A stretch of 47,304 bases of DNA, taken from contig CAZNVM010000142.1 in the NCBI GenBank assembly GCA_964576215.1, positions 1-47,304 of the forward strand, written 5' to 3'. The notes under the pieces were generated by a model. It was not told the DNA's origin. It searched no databases and saw only the letters and a program-made list of their open reading frames with translations. The translations under genes and the position numbers were made by a program. Positions 17,649 to 25,909 of this stretch are shown one piece after another. Origin of the DNA: an uncultured Planctomycetaceae bacterium (lineage in GTDB: Bacteria > Planctomycetota > Planctomycetia > Pirellulales > Thermoguttaceae). Each line of letters opens with the position of its first letter. Position 1 is the first letter of the stretch.

Positions 17649-18674
17649 ATGAGTCCACACAGCATACTTCGGGTTCGGGGAGGGCAACCGATTTCGGGCG
17701 GTCCTTCGTTGGAAACGGAGGATTCGCCCGGGGTACCGGAATCATCATACACGGCAAACGTTCAGGAACGAATCCTTCACGCCGGACAACCGCCGTTTCC
17801 GGGTGATGCCAAGCTCGTATTTCGTCCGCCGCCGCTGAATTTTACGGTTTCCCAAAACGACCCCGACGAGAACGAACCGGATTTGGTGGTAGCGGAACCG
17901 AAAAACGTTGCCGTTCCTCCATTTTTTGATCCGGACGATTATCAAGTGTGCGCAAACGGTGTCACAAAATCGTACATTATGGGTAAAGTCGTCGTTCCGG
18001 TTCTCAAGGGGGTCAATCTTGGCATCCGGAAAGGGGAATTTCTCGCCATCGTCGGACAAAGCGGGTCGGGAAAAAGTACGCTTTTGCACTTGTTGGGCAC
18101 GCTTGACACCCCTGACCAGGGAACGATCCATTTCGACGGAGAGCGGATCGACAATATCGCAAGCGGACAAAGGGATATTTTGCGCAACCGATTTATCGGG
18201 ATGATATTTCAGTTTTATCACCTTTTGCCGGAGTTGTCGGTTTTGGAAAACGTCCTGTCGCCGTTGATGATCCGCGATTCGACGTGGCGTTATTTCTGCA
18301 ACCGCCCCAAGCATTACAAAAAAGGTCGGGAACTTCTGGACGCCGTCGGACTGTCGCATCGGCTCACGCACAAGCCCAATGAACTTTCCGGCGGTGAAAT
18401 GCAACGGGCCGCAATCGCCAGGGCACTGATTTCCGAGCCGCAAATTCTTCTGGCCGACGAACCGACCGGAAACCTTGACGCCAAGTCGGCACGGGAAATC
18501 CTGCAATTGATCCGCGAGTTGAATCAAAAGCGAAACCTGACAATCGTGATGGTAACACACGATCTTTCCATCGCTCAGAAAGCGGACCGCATGGTTACCA
18601 TCTATGACGGACAAGTAACTCACTCAAAGTGTAAACGAAATGGTGTTGAAACGGAAAAAAGTGTTGAAATTTAA
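17649..18674 (+). CDS. ABC transporter ATP-binding protein (LolD/MacB/FtsE-like) with N-terminal extension
   Basis: Walker A GQSGSGKST, signature LSGGEMQR and Walker B LLADEPTGNLD. About 100 Pro-rich residues precede the ATPase domain. The start is uncertain, as internal GTG codons are possible. Confidence 0.85.
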   Translation: MSPHSILRVRGGQPISGGPSLETEDSPGVPESSYTANVQERILHAGQPPFPGDAKLVFRPPPLNFTVSQNDPDENEPDLVVAEPKNVAVPPFFDPDDYQVCANGVTKSYIMGKVVVPVLKGVNLGIRKGEFLAIVGQSGSGKSTLLHLLGTLDTPDQGTIHFDGERIDNIASGQRDILRNRFIGMIFQFYHLLPELSVLENVLSPLMIRDSTWRYFCNRPKHYKKGRELLDAVGLSHRLTHKPNELSGGEMQRAAIARALISEPQILLADEPTGNLDAKSAREILQLIRELNQKRNLTIVMVTHDLSIAQKADRMVTIYDGQVTHSKCKRNGVETEKSVEI

Positions 18675-18853
18675 GGGCATCGGGAATAGAATTATGACTT
18701 GTTCGACTCTCTTCCATCGACGAGGAAAAGGTGGAAAATACTACTGTTTTTCCTATGCCCTATTCCCTATTCCCGATTCCCGATGCCCTATGCTCGATGC
18801 CCGATGCCCTTTGACTGTTTTGAGTTACCATTTGTTTACGGTTTAAGTTTCAA
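18655..18853. repeat. repeat block: partial module Y (reverse), GGGCAT-type heptamer hairpin, module X (reverse)
   Basis: gtgttgaaatttaagggcatcgggaataga ... cctatgccctattccctattcccgattcccgatgccctatgctcgatgcccgatgccct, then actgttttgagttaccatttgtttacggtttaagt (18814-18848). It overlaps the stop codons of both flanking genes. Confidence 0.85.
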
Positions 18854-20025
18854 AGCTCGTCGTTCGTTTGCGGTGTTTCAGGACCAGGTTCGATTTCTTG
18901 TGGTTGGGCATCCTCCTCCGTCTTGTTCTCTTCCGCCGCCGGAACAGGGTCTTGCTGCTTTTGTTGTTGCTCCTGCTGTTTCGGTGGTGCATCCAATCCT
19001 CTTCCCAAGCCGAGGATACAGACGGCAATCACGAGCACGATAATCCCGGTGTAGACCCAACGGACCGCCATTCTTCCAGCGTTGCGCCATTCGCCGGTCA
19101 GGAATCCGTTAAAATTTCCGACGATAATCGCAAACGCCATGAAGACCGTGTAGCCGACCGACACGCCGAGGGTGCCGAGCTTGCTCGCTCCGAATCCGAA
19201 AAGGGTGACTGCGGCGTCATGCAAAACCGCCATGATAAGAGCGATCACAATCGCAACGACGGCCCTCGGCGAGAGAAAACACTTCCACGTCTTGTTTTGG
19301 TTCAATTTCATCACACAGTACAGGCAGGACGAAAAGAAACCGCCAAAAAGAATCAGGCAGGTTGCCGGGAGCGAGTTGCGCCAATCGACGATTGCGGCGG
19401 CTTCGGCGGTTTTGCCGATTGCGTCGGCGAAGCTAAATGCAATTGCGTAACAGGCACAAAGAACGCCGGAAACCAACGCAAGCAGCAAACCGGGCAGAGC
19501 ACTTTTTTTCGGTTTGTCGTTTTCCGTCACGGGAGCGTTGTTGGCTTCGTTGGCGGCCTTGAGCATCCCGGCCCGACCGCAAATCACGACGCCGACAAGG
19601 CAGACCGCAACGCCGATCAAAATGACGATACCCGACGTCGTTTGGAACTTTTCCGGTGTGTGAATCAACATCGGACCGATGGAACCGACGATAATCTGCC
19701 CGCCGTAATTGATGCCATACGCAAGGGACAAGCCGATGAAGGCGAAGCTCAGGCCGAGCGTCATGGAACCGAGTCCCCATAAAAATCCGAACACAAACGG
19801 AAGGAGTAGCCCCAAAAATCCGACCTTGGTGTAGATTCCCAGGAGGCCCGGCACGAGGAATGGACCGGCGGCCAACGGCAAAAGCAACGTCGCAAATAAA
19901 AAGAACGGTCCCCAGAGGATTTCCCAAGGGAGGTCTTTCGAAACGAATTTGCTTGGCAGACCGAACGATCCGCCGCACATTGCCCCAAATAATAGAATTG
20001 CAAAACCGACGACAAGATCAAGCAT
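18850..20025 (-). CDS. L-rhamnose/H+ symporter (RhaT) family transporter
   Basis: Multi-TM protein. The C-terminal core GEWRNAGRMAVRWVYTGIIVLVIAVCILGLG closely parallels E. coli RhaT KEWNNAGRRPVTVL...IVGIG. The N-terminus MLDLVVGFAILLFGAMCGGSF...PWEILW fits RhaT, so the start is taken at 20025 (the track ORF reaches 20070). There is an acidic, Gln-rich C-terminal tail. Confidence 0.8.
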   Translation of the reverse strand: MLDLVVGFAILLFGAMCGGSFGLPSKFVSKDLPWEILWGPFFLFATLLLPLAAGPFLVPGLLGIYTKVGFLGLLLPFVFGFLWGLGSMTLGLSFAFIGLSLAYGINYGGQIIVGSIGPMLIHTPEKFQTTSGIVILIGVAVCLVGVVICGRAGMLKAANEANNAPVTENDKPKKSALPGLLLALVSGVLCACYAIAFSFADAIGKTAEAAAIVDWRNSLPATCLILFGGFFSSCLYCVMKLNQNKTWKCFLSPRAVVAIVIALIMAVLHDAAVTLFGFGASKLGTLGVSVGYTVFMAFAIIVGNFNGFLTGEWRNAGRMAVRWVYTGIIVLVIAVCILGLGRGLDAPPKQQEQQQKQQDPVPAAEENKTEEDAQPQEIEPGPETPQTNDEL

Positions 20026-20114
20026 TGTGACACCGTTTGAAGAAAGGAAAAACAGGAACGAGTTGAACACACCGCGACAGTCTATCCGTTTTGAAATCGG
20101 ATTTCAAGCCCCAC

Positions 20115-20276
20115 GCACAATCAGAGCCGCGTACAATCAGAGCCGCGCACAATCAGAGCCGCGCACGGAGTAAGCGGTTTTCACGTTGCCACCGGGGTCA
20201 CCGCTTACTCTGTGCGCGGCTCTGATTGGGTTCACGGTTGGCGAAAATGTTGCCTCATTGGCGTTGAATAGTATAC
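20115..20276. repeat. palindromic element copy 2 (inverted loop orientation, left-arm 15-mer triplicated) plus conserved right extension
   Basis: (c/a)acaatcagagccgcg(t/c) x3, then stem acaatcagagccgcgcacggagtaagcgg / ccgcttactctgtgcgcggctctgattg, then gggttcacggttggcgaaaatgttgcctcattggcgttgaatagtatac. Confidence 0.9.
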
Positions 20277-20367
20277 CTCCAGGGGAATTTACATGACCGG
20301 TTGAAGTCGTCATAATACGATATGGTGTTTTGCAGTTCCTTCCTTTCCCAATTTCCCTGTCGATTCC

Positions 20368-21750
20368 ATGCTTCGTACCGATGAAATTCTTTCGACAATC
20401 CGTATGTTACATGCGGAGCACCTTGATGTTCGTGCCGTGACTCTTGCGTTGAATATCAACGATTGCGCCGCGCCGGGGAGTGAACAGGTTTGCCGAAAAC
20501 TGCACCATAAAATCACCTCCAAAGCGAAACGACTTGTTCAGGTTTGCAACGAAGTCGGTGCCAAATACGGTATTCCCGTAACGAACAGACGTTTGGCCGT
20601 CTCGCCGGTTTCCACGCTTTTGGCCGGGCATGGACGAACGGCGGCCGTCGATATTGCGAAAACGCTGGATCGGGCAGCGACCGAGTGCGGCGTCGATTTC
20701 GTCGGTGGATTTACCGCTTTGGTTCACAAGGGAATTTCGCAAGGTTCGCAAATCGTGATCGACTCCCTGCCGGAAGTTTTGGCGTCAACAAGCCGGGTCT
20801 GCTCTTCCATTAACGTCGCTTCCCGAAAGGCGGGGATCAACATGGACGCCGTTCGGCAAATCGGGGAAATCCTGCCGAAAATCGCCGACGCCACCCGGGA
20901 AAGCCGTGGGTTCGGTTGCGCAAAACTGGTCGTGTTCGCCAACATCCCGGAAGACAATCCGTTCATGGCGGGAGCGTACATGGGGGCGGGGGAACCGGAA
21001 TCGACGATTAACATCGGCGTTTCCGGCCCCGGCGTCGTGGGGAGTGCGCTCAAACGCCGAATCGCCGACGCCGGATCGACTAAAAAACTGACGCTCGGCG
21101 ACTTGGCGGAGGAAATCAAGACGACGAGTTTCCGTGTAACCCGGGTCGGTGAGCTGATCGGTCGGGAAGTTGCGGAGATTCTCGGCGTTCAGTTCGGGAT
21201 CGTCGATCTTTCACTCGCTCCGACTCCAACGGTCGGCGACAGCATCGGCGAAATTCTCAAGACGCTCGGAATAGAGAAAATCGGTGCACCCGGCTCGACG
21301 GCGGCGGGGGCGATGCTGAATGACGCCGTGAAAAAAGGGGGACTTTTCGCGTCCAGCAGCGTCGGCGGACTCAGCGGAGCGTTCATTCCGGTTTCGGAGG
21401 ACGCAACCCTGGCGGACGCCGTTGGTCAGGGGCATTTGGTCCTCGAAAAGCTCGAAGCGATGACTTCCGTGTGCAGCGTCGGGCTGGACATGATTTTGAT
21501 ACCGGGCGACACGCCGCCGGAAACGATCGCGGCGATTATCGCGGACGAAATGGCGATTGGCGTCATTAACAACAAGACGACGGCGGCCCGGCTGATTCCG
21601 GTTCCCGACGCCAAAGCGGGAGACGTGATCCATTTCGGCGGTCTGTTTGGGTCGTCGCCGGTCCTGGAAGTCCGCAACATCGGGGCAAGCTCCCAATTCG
21701 TTCGATTCGGCGGCCGCATTCCCGCTCCGCTACAATCGCTGGGAAATTGA
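20368..21750 (+). CDS. UPF0210 (DUF711) family protein
   Basis: 460-aa ORF. The N-terminus ...ILSTIRMLHAEHLDVRAVTLALNINDC matches the conserved UPF0210 start (..I.MI....D.R.IT.G.SL.DC), and the length is typical. Confidence 0.8.
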   Translation: MLRTDEILSTIRMLHAEHLDVRAVTLALNINDCAAPGSEQVCRKLHHKITSKAKRLVQVCNEVGAKYGIPVTNRRLAVSPVSTLLAGHGRTAAVDIAKTLDRAATECGVDFVGGFTALVHKGISQGSQIVIDSLPEVLASTSRVCSSINVASRKAGINMDAVRQIGEILPKIADATRESRGFGCAKLVVFANIPEDNPFMAGAYMGAGEPESTINIGVSGPGVVGSALKRRIADAGSTKKLTLGDLAEEIKTTSFRVTRVGELIGREVAEILGVQFGIVDLSLAPTPTVGDSIGEILKTLGIEKIGAPGSTAAGAMLNDAVKKGGLFASSSVGGLSGAFIPVSEDATLADAVGQGHLVLEKLEAMTSVCSVGLDMILIPGDTPPETIAAIIADEMAIGVINNKTTAARLIPVPDAKAGDVIHFGGLFGSSPVLEVRNIGASSQFVRFGGRIPAPLQSLGN

Positions 21751-21760
21751 GAATCCATTT

Positions 21761-22690
21761 CTACAGGATTTTTCGTTCTTTTTCCGGAAGGTACGCCAAT
21801 TCTTTTCGGCAGCGTTCGCAGAGTTTTAGCATCGTTTTCAAGTCCAGCGTTTCCGCACGGGTTTTGTCGTCGAAATTCATTTCAAACATAACCCGATCAA
21901 TCGTTTCTTTCGAAAGCGTCTGTTTGAACGCACTGCATAACTCGCTACGGAGAAATTTTCGGCGATGGAAAAACATCGCACGGCAAAATTCGTGAAAGAA
22001 TTTCAGGTCGGGAATTTTGTTGCGTCGCTTTTCATCGTAGGTAATTCGCAAGATTGCCGAATGGACTTTCGGACGTGGCCAAAAAACGCTCGGCGGCATC
22101 ACTCGTACCAACTCCGTCTTGCACTGCGACTGCATCCAGAGCGACAACGCCCCCCAGTCTTTGGTGCCGGGTTCGGCAGTGACCCGGTCGGCCAGCTCCT
22201 TCTGGATCGTTACGGTCATCGAGTGCGGCGGTATATCGGTCAACAACAAATTCGACATGAGCGGAGTCGCAATACTGTACGGAAGATTGGCGACCAACTT
22301 GAAGCGTCCGCCGGGAACCAGGGCAAGTCGTTCCCGTACGGCGGTGAGAACCTCGTCGCTGAGTTTATTCTTGTTTTTCAGGATGTCCGTTTGGAGAAAC
22401 CGGATATTGGTCCGCCCATACAGTTCCTGCTTCGCCAACTCGTGCAACACGGAATCAAGTTCAACGGTAATCACGAACGCCGCCCGGTCGGCCAGTTCGG
22501 CGGTGAGCGAACCGGTCCCGGTTCCGACTTCGAGCACGATGTCGTTTTTTTCAAGGTTCGCGGATTCGTACAAAAGCCGCAACAGATTCAAATCGATCAG
22601 AAAATTTTGTCCGAGTTTGGCACGCGGACGAATTCCGACCGTTTCGAATTTTTTCATCAAGTAAGATCGCGTTTGCTGGTTTTTGTCCAT
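21761..22690 (-). CDS. rsmA: 16S rRNA (adenine1518/1519-N6)-dimethyltransferase
   Basis: KLGQNFLID motif and the SAM-binding VLEVGTGTGSLT. The start is taken at the ATG at 22690 (MDKNQQTRSYL...), because the upstream part of the track ORF has no KsgA counterpart. Confidence 0.9.
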   Translation of the reverse strand: MDKNQQTRSYLMKKFETVGIRPRAKLGQNFLIDLNLLRLLYESANLEKNDIVLEVGTGTGSLTAELADRAAFVITVELDSVLHELAKQELYGRTNIRFLQTDILKNKNKLSDEVLTAVRERLALVPGGRFKLVANLPYSIATPLMSNLLLTDIPPHSMTVTIQKELADRVTAEPGTKDWGALSLWMQSQCKTELVRVMPPSVFWPRPKVHSAILRITYDEKRRNKIPDLKFFHEFCRAMFFHRRKFLRSELCSAFKQTLSKETIDRVMFEMNFDDKTRAETLDLKTMLKLCERCRKELAYLPEKERKIL

Positions 22691-22847
22691 GAAATTCCGG
22701 GCGTAAAGTGAATGGAGAGGAACACACCGCTCATTATAAGCGAAAATTCCAAGTCGGGAAGCGACGATCAGGGGGTTGCAAACCATCTCCGGTTTGGTAG
22801 AGTGAAATCGTGGGCGTGTGCACTGCGCCGCACAGGGTGCGGCGGCT

Positions 22848-22870
22848 AAATTTCTCATTTCTCATTTCAA
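22848..22870. repeat. single arm of ATTTCTC heptamer repeat
   Basis: aaatttctcatttctcatttcaa in the rsmA/lysA divergent spacer, preceded by the GC hairpin cgccgcac-agg-gtgcggcg (22826-22845). Confidence 0.7.
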
Positions 22871-22876
22871 AAGACT

Positions 22877-24112
22877 GTGTTCCGAAAAACCATTGCCGAT
22901 ATTTCCGTTTGTTCGCTTGCCGCAGAGTTTCCCACACCGTTTTTCGTTTACGACGCCAAATCGATCCGAAACCGGGCGGCGGAGTTAAAATGTTTTGACA
23001 CCGTACGTTTTGCGCAAAAAGCGAACTCCAGCATCGCGATTCTCAAGTTGCTCCGTGAGCAGGGAATTTTCGTCGATTGCGTGAGCACCAACGAAATCCG
23101 CCGCGCTTTTACCGCCGGATACACAGCACCGCAGATCGTTTACACGGCGGATATCTTCGACCGCGAGTCGCTCGATTTCGTCGTCGAACATTCGGTCGTC
23201 GTCAACTGCGGTTCGCTGGACATGATTTCCCAGTATGGAGAACGTGCAGATGCGAAAATCCGTGAAATCACGGTTCGTATCAACCCCGGCTTCGGACACG
23301 GACATTCCCGAAAAACGAACACCGGCGGCGATCAATCGAAACATGGGATCTGGTTCGGGCAAATGGAGCAATGCAAGGAATTGGCCCGACGTTACGGCTT
23401 GAAAATCACCGGTTTGCACACACACATCGGAAGTGGTTGCGATTTCGACCACTTGGCACAAGTATGCGGCGAAGTCAGGAAGTTTGCTCTGGAATTCGGG
23501 CCGGAACTCGAAATGATCAGCACCGGCGGCGGCTTGCCGATTCCGTACAAGCCGGACGAAACGTACATTGACGTTCCCAAGTATTTTGAACACTGGGATC
23601 GAACGCGCAAAGCGTTGGAAGCGTCGTTTGGACATCCTGTTCGCCTGGAAACGGAACCGGGACGTTACATCGTTGCGGAAAGCGGATTTCTCGTTACGGA
23701 AATCCGGGCGGTCAAACGACAGGGGGAGAACACGTTTTATTTGGTGGACGCCGGATTCAACAATTTGGCGAGAGCGGCCATGTACGGATCGTACCATCCG
23801 ATCTCGATTTGTCCGGCGGACGAAAGCCGTGCGCTGGCGGAAGAACTCGACGTGATCGTCGGCGGTCCGCTTTGCGAATCGGGGGACATTTTCACACAGG
23901 AAGACGGCGGATACGTCGTCAAACGCCGATTACCGAAGGCGAACGTCGGCGACTACCTGATTCTGGAAATCGCCGGAGCTTATGGAGCGGTGATGAGCTC
24001 GAATTACAACTCGAAACCTCTTGCCGCCGAAATCCTGATCGACGCCGGTGCTGCCCGACTCATTCGCAAACGGCAAACGTTCGAGCAGATCATTGCGAAT
24101 GAGGTTGTTTAA
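22877..24112 (+). CDS. lysA: diaminopimelate decarboxylase
   Basis: 411-aa ORF with TPFFVYD N-terminus, the PLP-lysine region (FAQKANS), GGGLPIPY and the CESGD motif. GTG start. Confidence 0.9.
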   Translation: MFRKTIADISVCSLAAEFPTPFFVYDAKSIRNRAAELKCFDTVRFAQKANSSIAILKLLREQGIFVDCVSTNEIRRAFTAGYTAPQIVYTADIFDRESLDFVVEHSVVVNCGSLDMISQYGERADAKIREITVRINPGFGHGHSRKTNTGGDQSKHGIWFGQMEQCKELARRYGLKITGLHTHIGSGCDFDHLAQVCGEVRKFALEFGPELEMISTGGGLPIPYKPDETYIDVPKYFEHWDRTRKALEASFGHPVRLETEPGRYIVAESGFLVTEIRAVKRQGENTFYLVDAGFNNLARAAMYGSYHPISICPADESRALAEELDVIVGGPLCESGDIFTQEDGGYVVKRRLPKANVGDYLILEIAGAYGAVMSSNYNSKPLAAEILIDAGAARLIRKRQTFEQIIANEVV

Positions 24113-24194
24113 CAACGGTATAATCGAGTTTTTGTTTTATACCCTACAACGTCAATAAATTGACATTTTGCTTGAACTCGTCAACGAACCACAA

Positions 24195-24327
24195 ACAATC
24201 AGAGCCGCGCACGAAGTAAGCGGTAACCCCGGTGGTAACGTGAAAACCGCTCAATTGCTCCGTACGCGGCTCTGATTGGGTTTACGGTTATCGAAAAATG
24301 GCAACTGATTGGCGTTGAATAGTATAC
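24195..24327. repeat. palindromic element copy 3 (right arm disrupted) plus conserved right extension
   Basis: acaatcagagccgcgcacgaagtaagcggt aaccccggtggtaacgtgaaa accgctCAATTGctccgtacgcggctctgattg, then gggtttacggttatcgaaaaatggcaactgattggcgttgaatagtatac. Confidence 0.85.
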
Positions 24328-24353
24328 AATTCATTTTCGCAATTCGTTGATCA

Positions 24354-25511
24354 ATGATATTAAATTACGACACCACTGGTTACGGTTCCTTTTTATCAGA
24401 TCACCGACGAACATGGTGGTCGTTTGTTATGTTTGCGGTTTTCTTTACCGTCGGTCTTGCGAAGGCGGATTGGCCGTTTTATCGGGCGGATTCCCTTGCA
24501 ACGGGGACCGTGAGCACAACGCTGCCAGACCAATTGCGACCGCTTTGGGAGTTCCCGCTCGAAAAAGGTTGGTTCGAAGCGACACCGATCATCGCGGAAA
24601 ACAGAGTGTTCCTCGGCTCTTCGGAAGACCGGTTTCTGGCAATTGACCTGCAAACCGGCCGGGAACTCTGGAGATTCGGGAACAAATGCGGGTTTATGGC
24701 CCCGGCGGTTTATGTACCGAAAACCGAAACGCAGTCCGCCAGCGTTTGCGTCGGCAGCCCGGAAGGCTTTTTATACTTTCTTGACGGCGCAACCGGTGAA
24801 AAACGCTGGACGTTTCAAGCGGAAGCGATTATCGACAACAGCCCGAACTTGTGGAACGGCAAACTTTTGTTCGGTTCCCAGGACGGAAATCTCTACTGCG
24901 TCGATTCCGCAACCGGTGAACTCGTCTGGAAATACCACACGAACGACCAAATCCGCTGCTTTCCGACCATCGTGGAAAACCGGGCGTTTGTCGCCGGTTG
25001 CGATGGGAATCTTCATATCGTCGATTTGGAAAAAGGGGAATGTCTCAAGCAAGTTCCCCTAGACGCGCCGACCGGTTCGACGCCAGCGGTGCTGGGAAAC
25101 TCCGTCTACTTCGGGACGGAAGGGAACGAATTTCTCGCCGTCGACTGGAAAGAGGGAAAAGTCCGTTGGCGTTTTCCGCTCCGGCAAGCGGTTCGTAGTC
25201 CGGCTGCCGTTTCGGAAAAGCAGGTCGTTTTCGGCGCGCTGGACCGAACCGTCTATGTACTCAACCCGGAAAACGGCGAACAGATTTGGTCGTTCAAAAC
25301 GAAAGGCCGAATCGAAGGAGGACCAATTCTCGTCGGCTCGAAAGTTTACGTTGGAGCAACGGACGCAAATCTTTACGTCTTGAACCTCGACGACGGAAAA
25401 CTATTGCAAACGCTCGAATTATCCGACCAGGTGATCGGTTCGCCTGCCGCCTCGCAAGGGAAACTTGTCGTTGGGACCAGCGATGGAAAACTCGTTTGCT
25501 TCGGCGAGTAA
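24354..25511 (+). CDS. PQQ-like beta-propeller repeat protein (BamB-like fold)
   Basis: N-terminal signal or anchor, then repeated ...G.L.A.D..TG...W.. blades (LAIDLQTGRELWRF, LYFLDGATGEKRWTF, LYCVDSATGELVWKY, etc.). Confidence 0.8.
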   Translation: MILNYDTTGYGSFLSDHRRTWWSFVMFAVFFTVGLAKADWPFYRADSLATGTVSTTLPDQLRPLWEFPLEKGWFEATPIIAENRVFLGSSEDRFLAIDLQTGRELWRFGNKCGFMAPAVYVPKTETQSASVCVGSPEGFLYFLDGATGEKRWTFQAEAIIDNSPNLWNGKLLFGSQDGNLYCVDSATGELVWKYHTNDQIRCFPTIVENRAFVAGCDGNLHIVDLEKGECLKQVPLDAPTGSTPAVLGNSVYFGTEGNEFLAVDWKEGKVRWRFPLRQAVRSPAAVSEKQVVFGALDRTVYVLNPENGEQIWSFKTKGRIEGGPILVGSKVYVGATDANLYVLNLDDGKLLQTLELSDQVIGSPAASQGKLVVGTSDGKLVCFGE

Positions 25512-25641
25512 GAAACCGTTTACAAATAACAACGGCAGACGGGATTTCCCTGCGATTCGGTCCGGTCGCTTCACTTCGTTGCGCTCCCGGCTGCCATTCT
25601 TTAGCCGCCCGGAAAATTTTTAAAATATTTCTTTGGAATCG

Positions 25642-25671
25642 TTGACAAATTTAGGCAATCTAGGTTAAAAT
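25642..25671 (+). promoter_or_regulatory. candidate sigma70-type promoter (TTGACA-N18-TAAAAT) ahead of the pilM-like operon
   Basis: TTGACA at 25642-25647 and TAAAAT at 25666-25671, inside a 398-nt non-coding gap. This implies a leader of about 230 nt before the ATG at 25910. Confidence 0.35.
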
Positions 25672-25909
25672 AGAAGGGGGTAGAGGAGGATTGCCGAACC
25701 GTTTACAGCGATTGTAGTGAATTTCGTTGCGGTGCCGATAAAAATCCCTGCTCAAAACGACGATTCCCTGCCTGGTACCGCCAGTTAATTAGTAAACAAC
25801 AAGTATACTTAAGCGAGGGGTTCGTCCGCAAAGGGTTTCTTTTCTTTCGTTATTCACAAATCAGCAGCGTCCATCCGTTCGGCGTCAGTATCGCCTGAGA
25901 GATTCAAAT

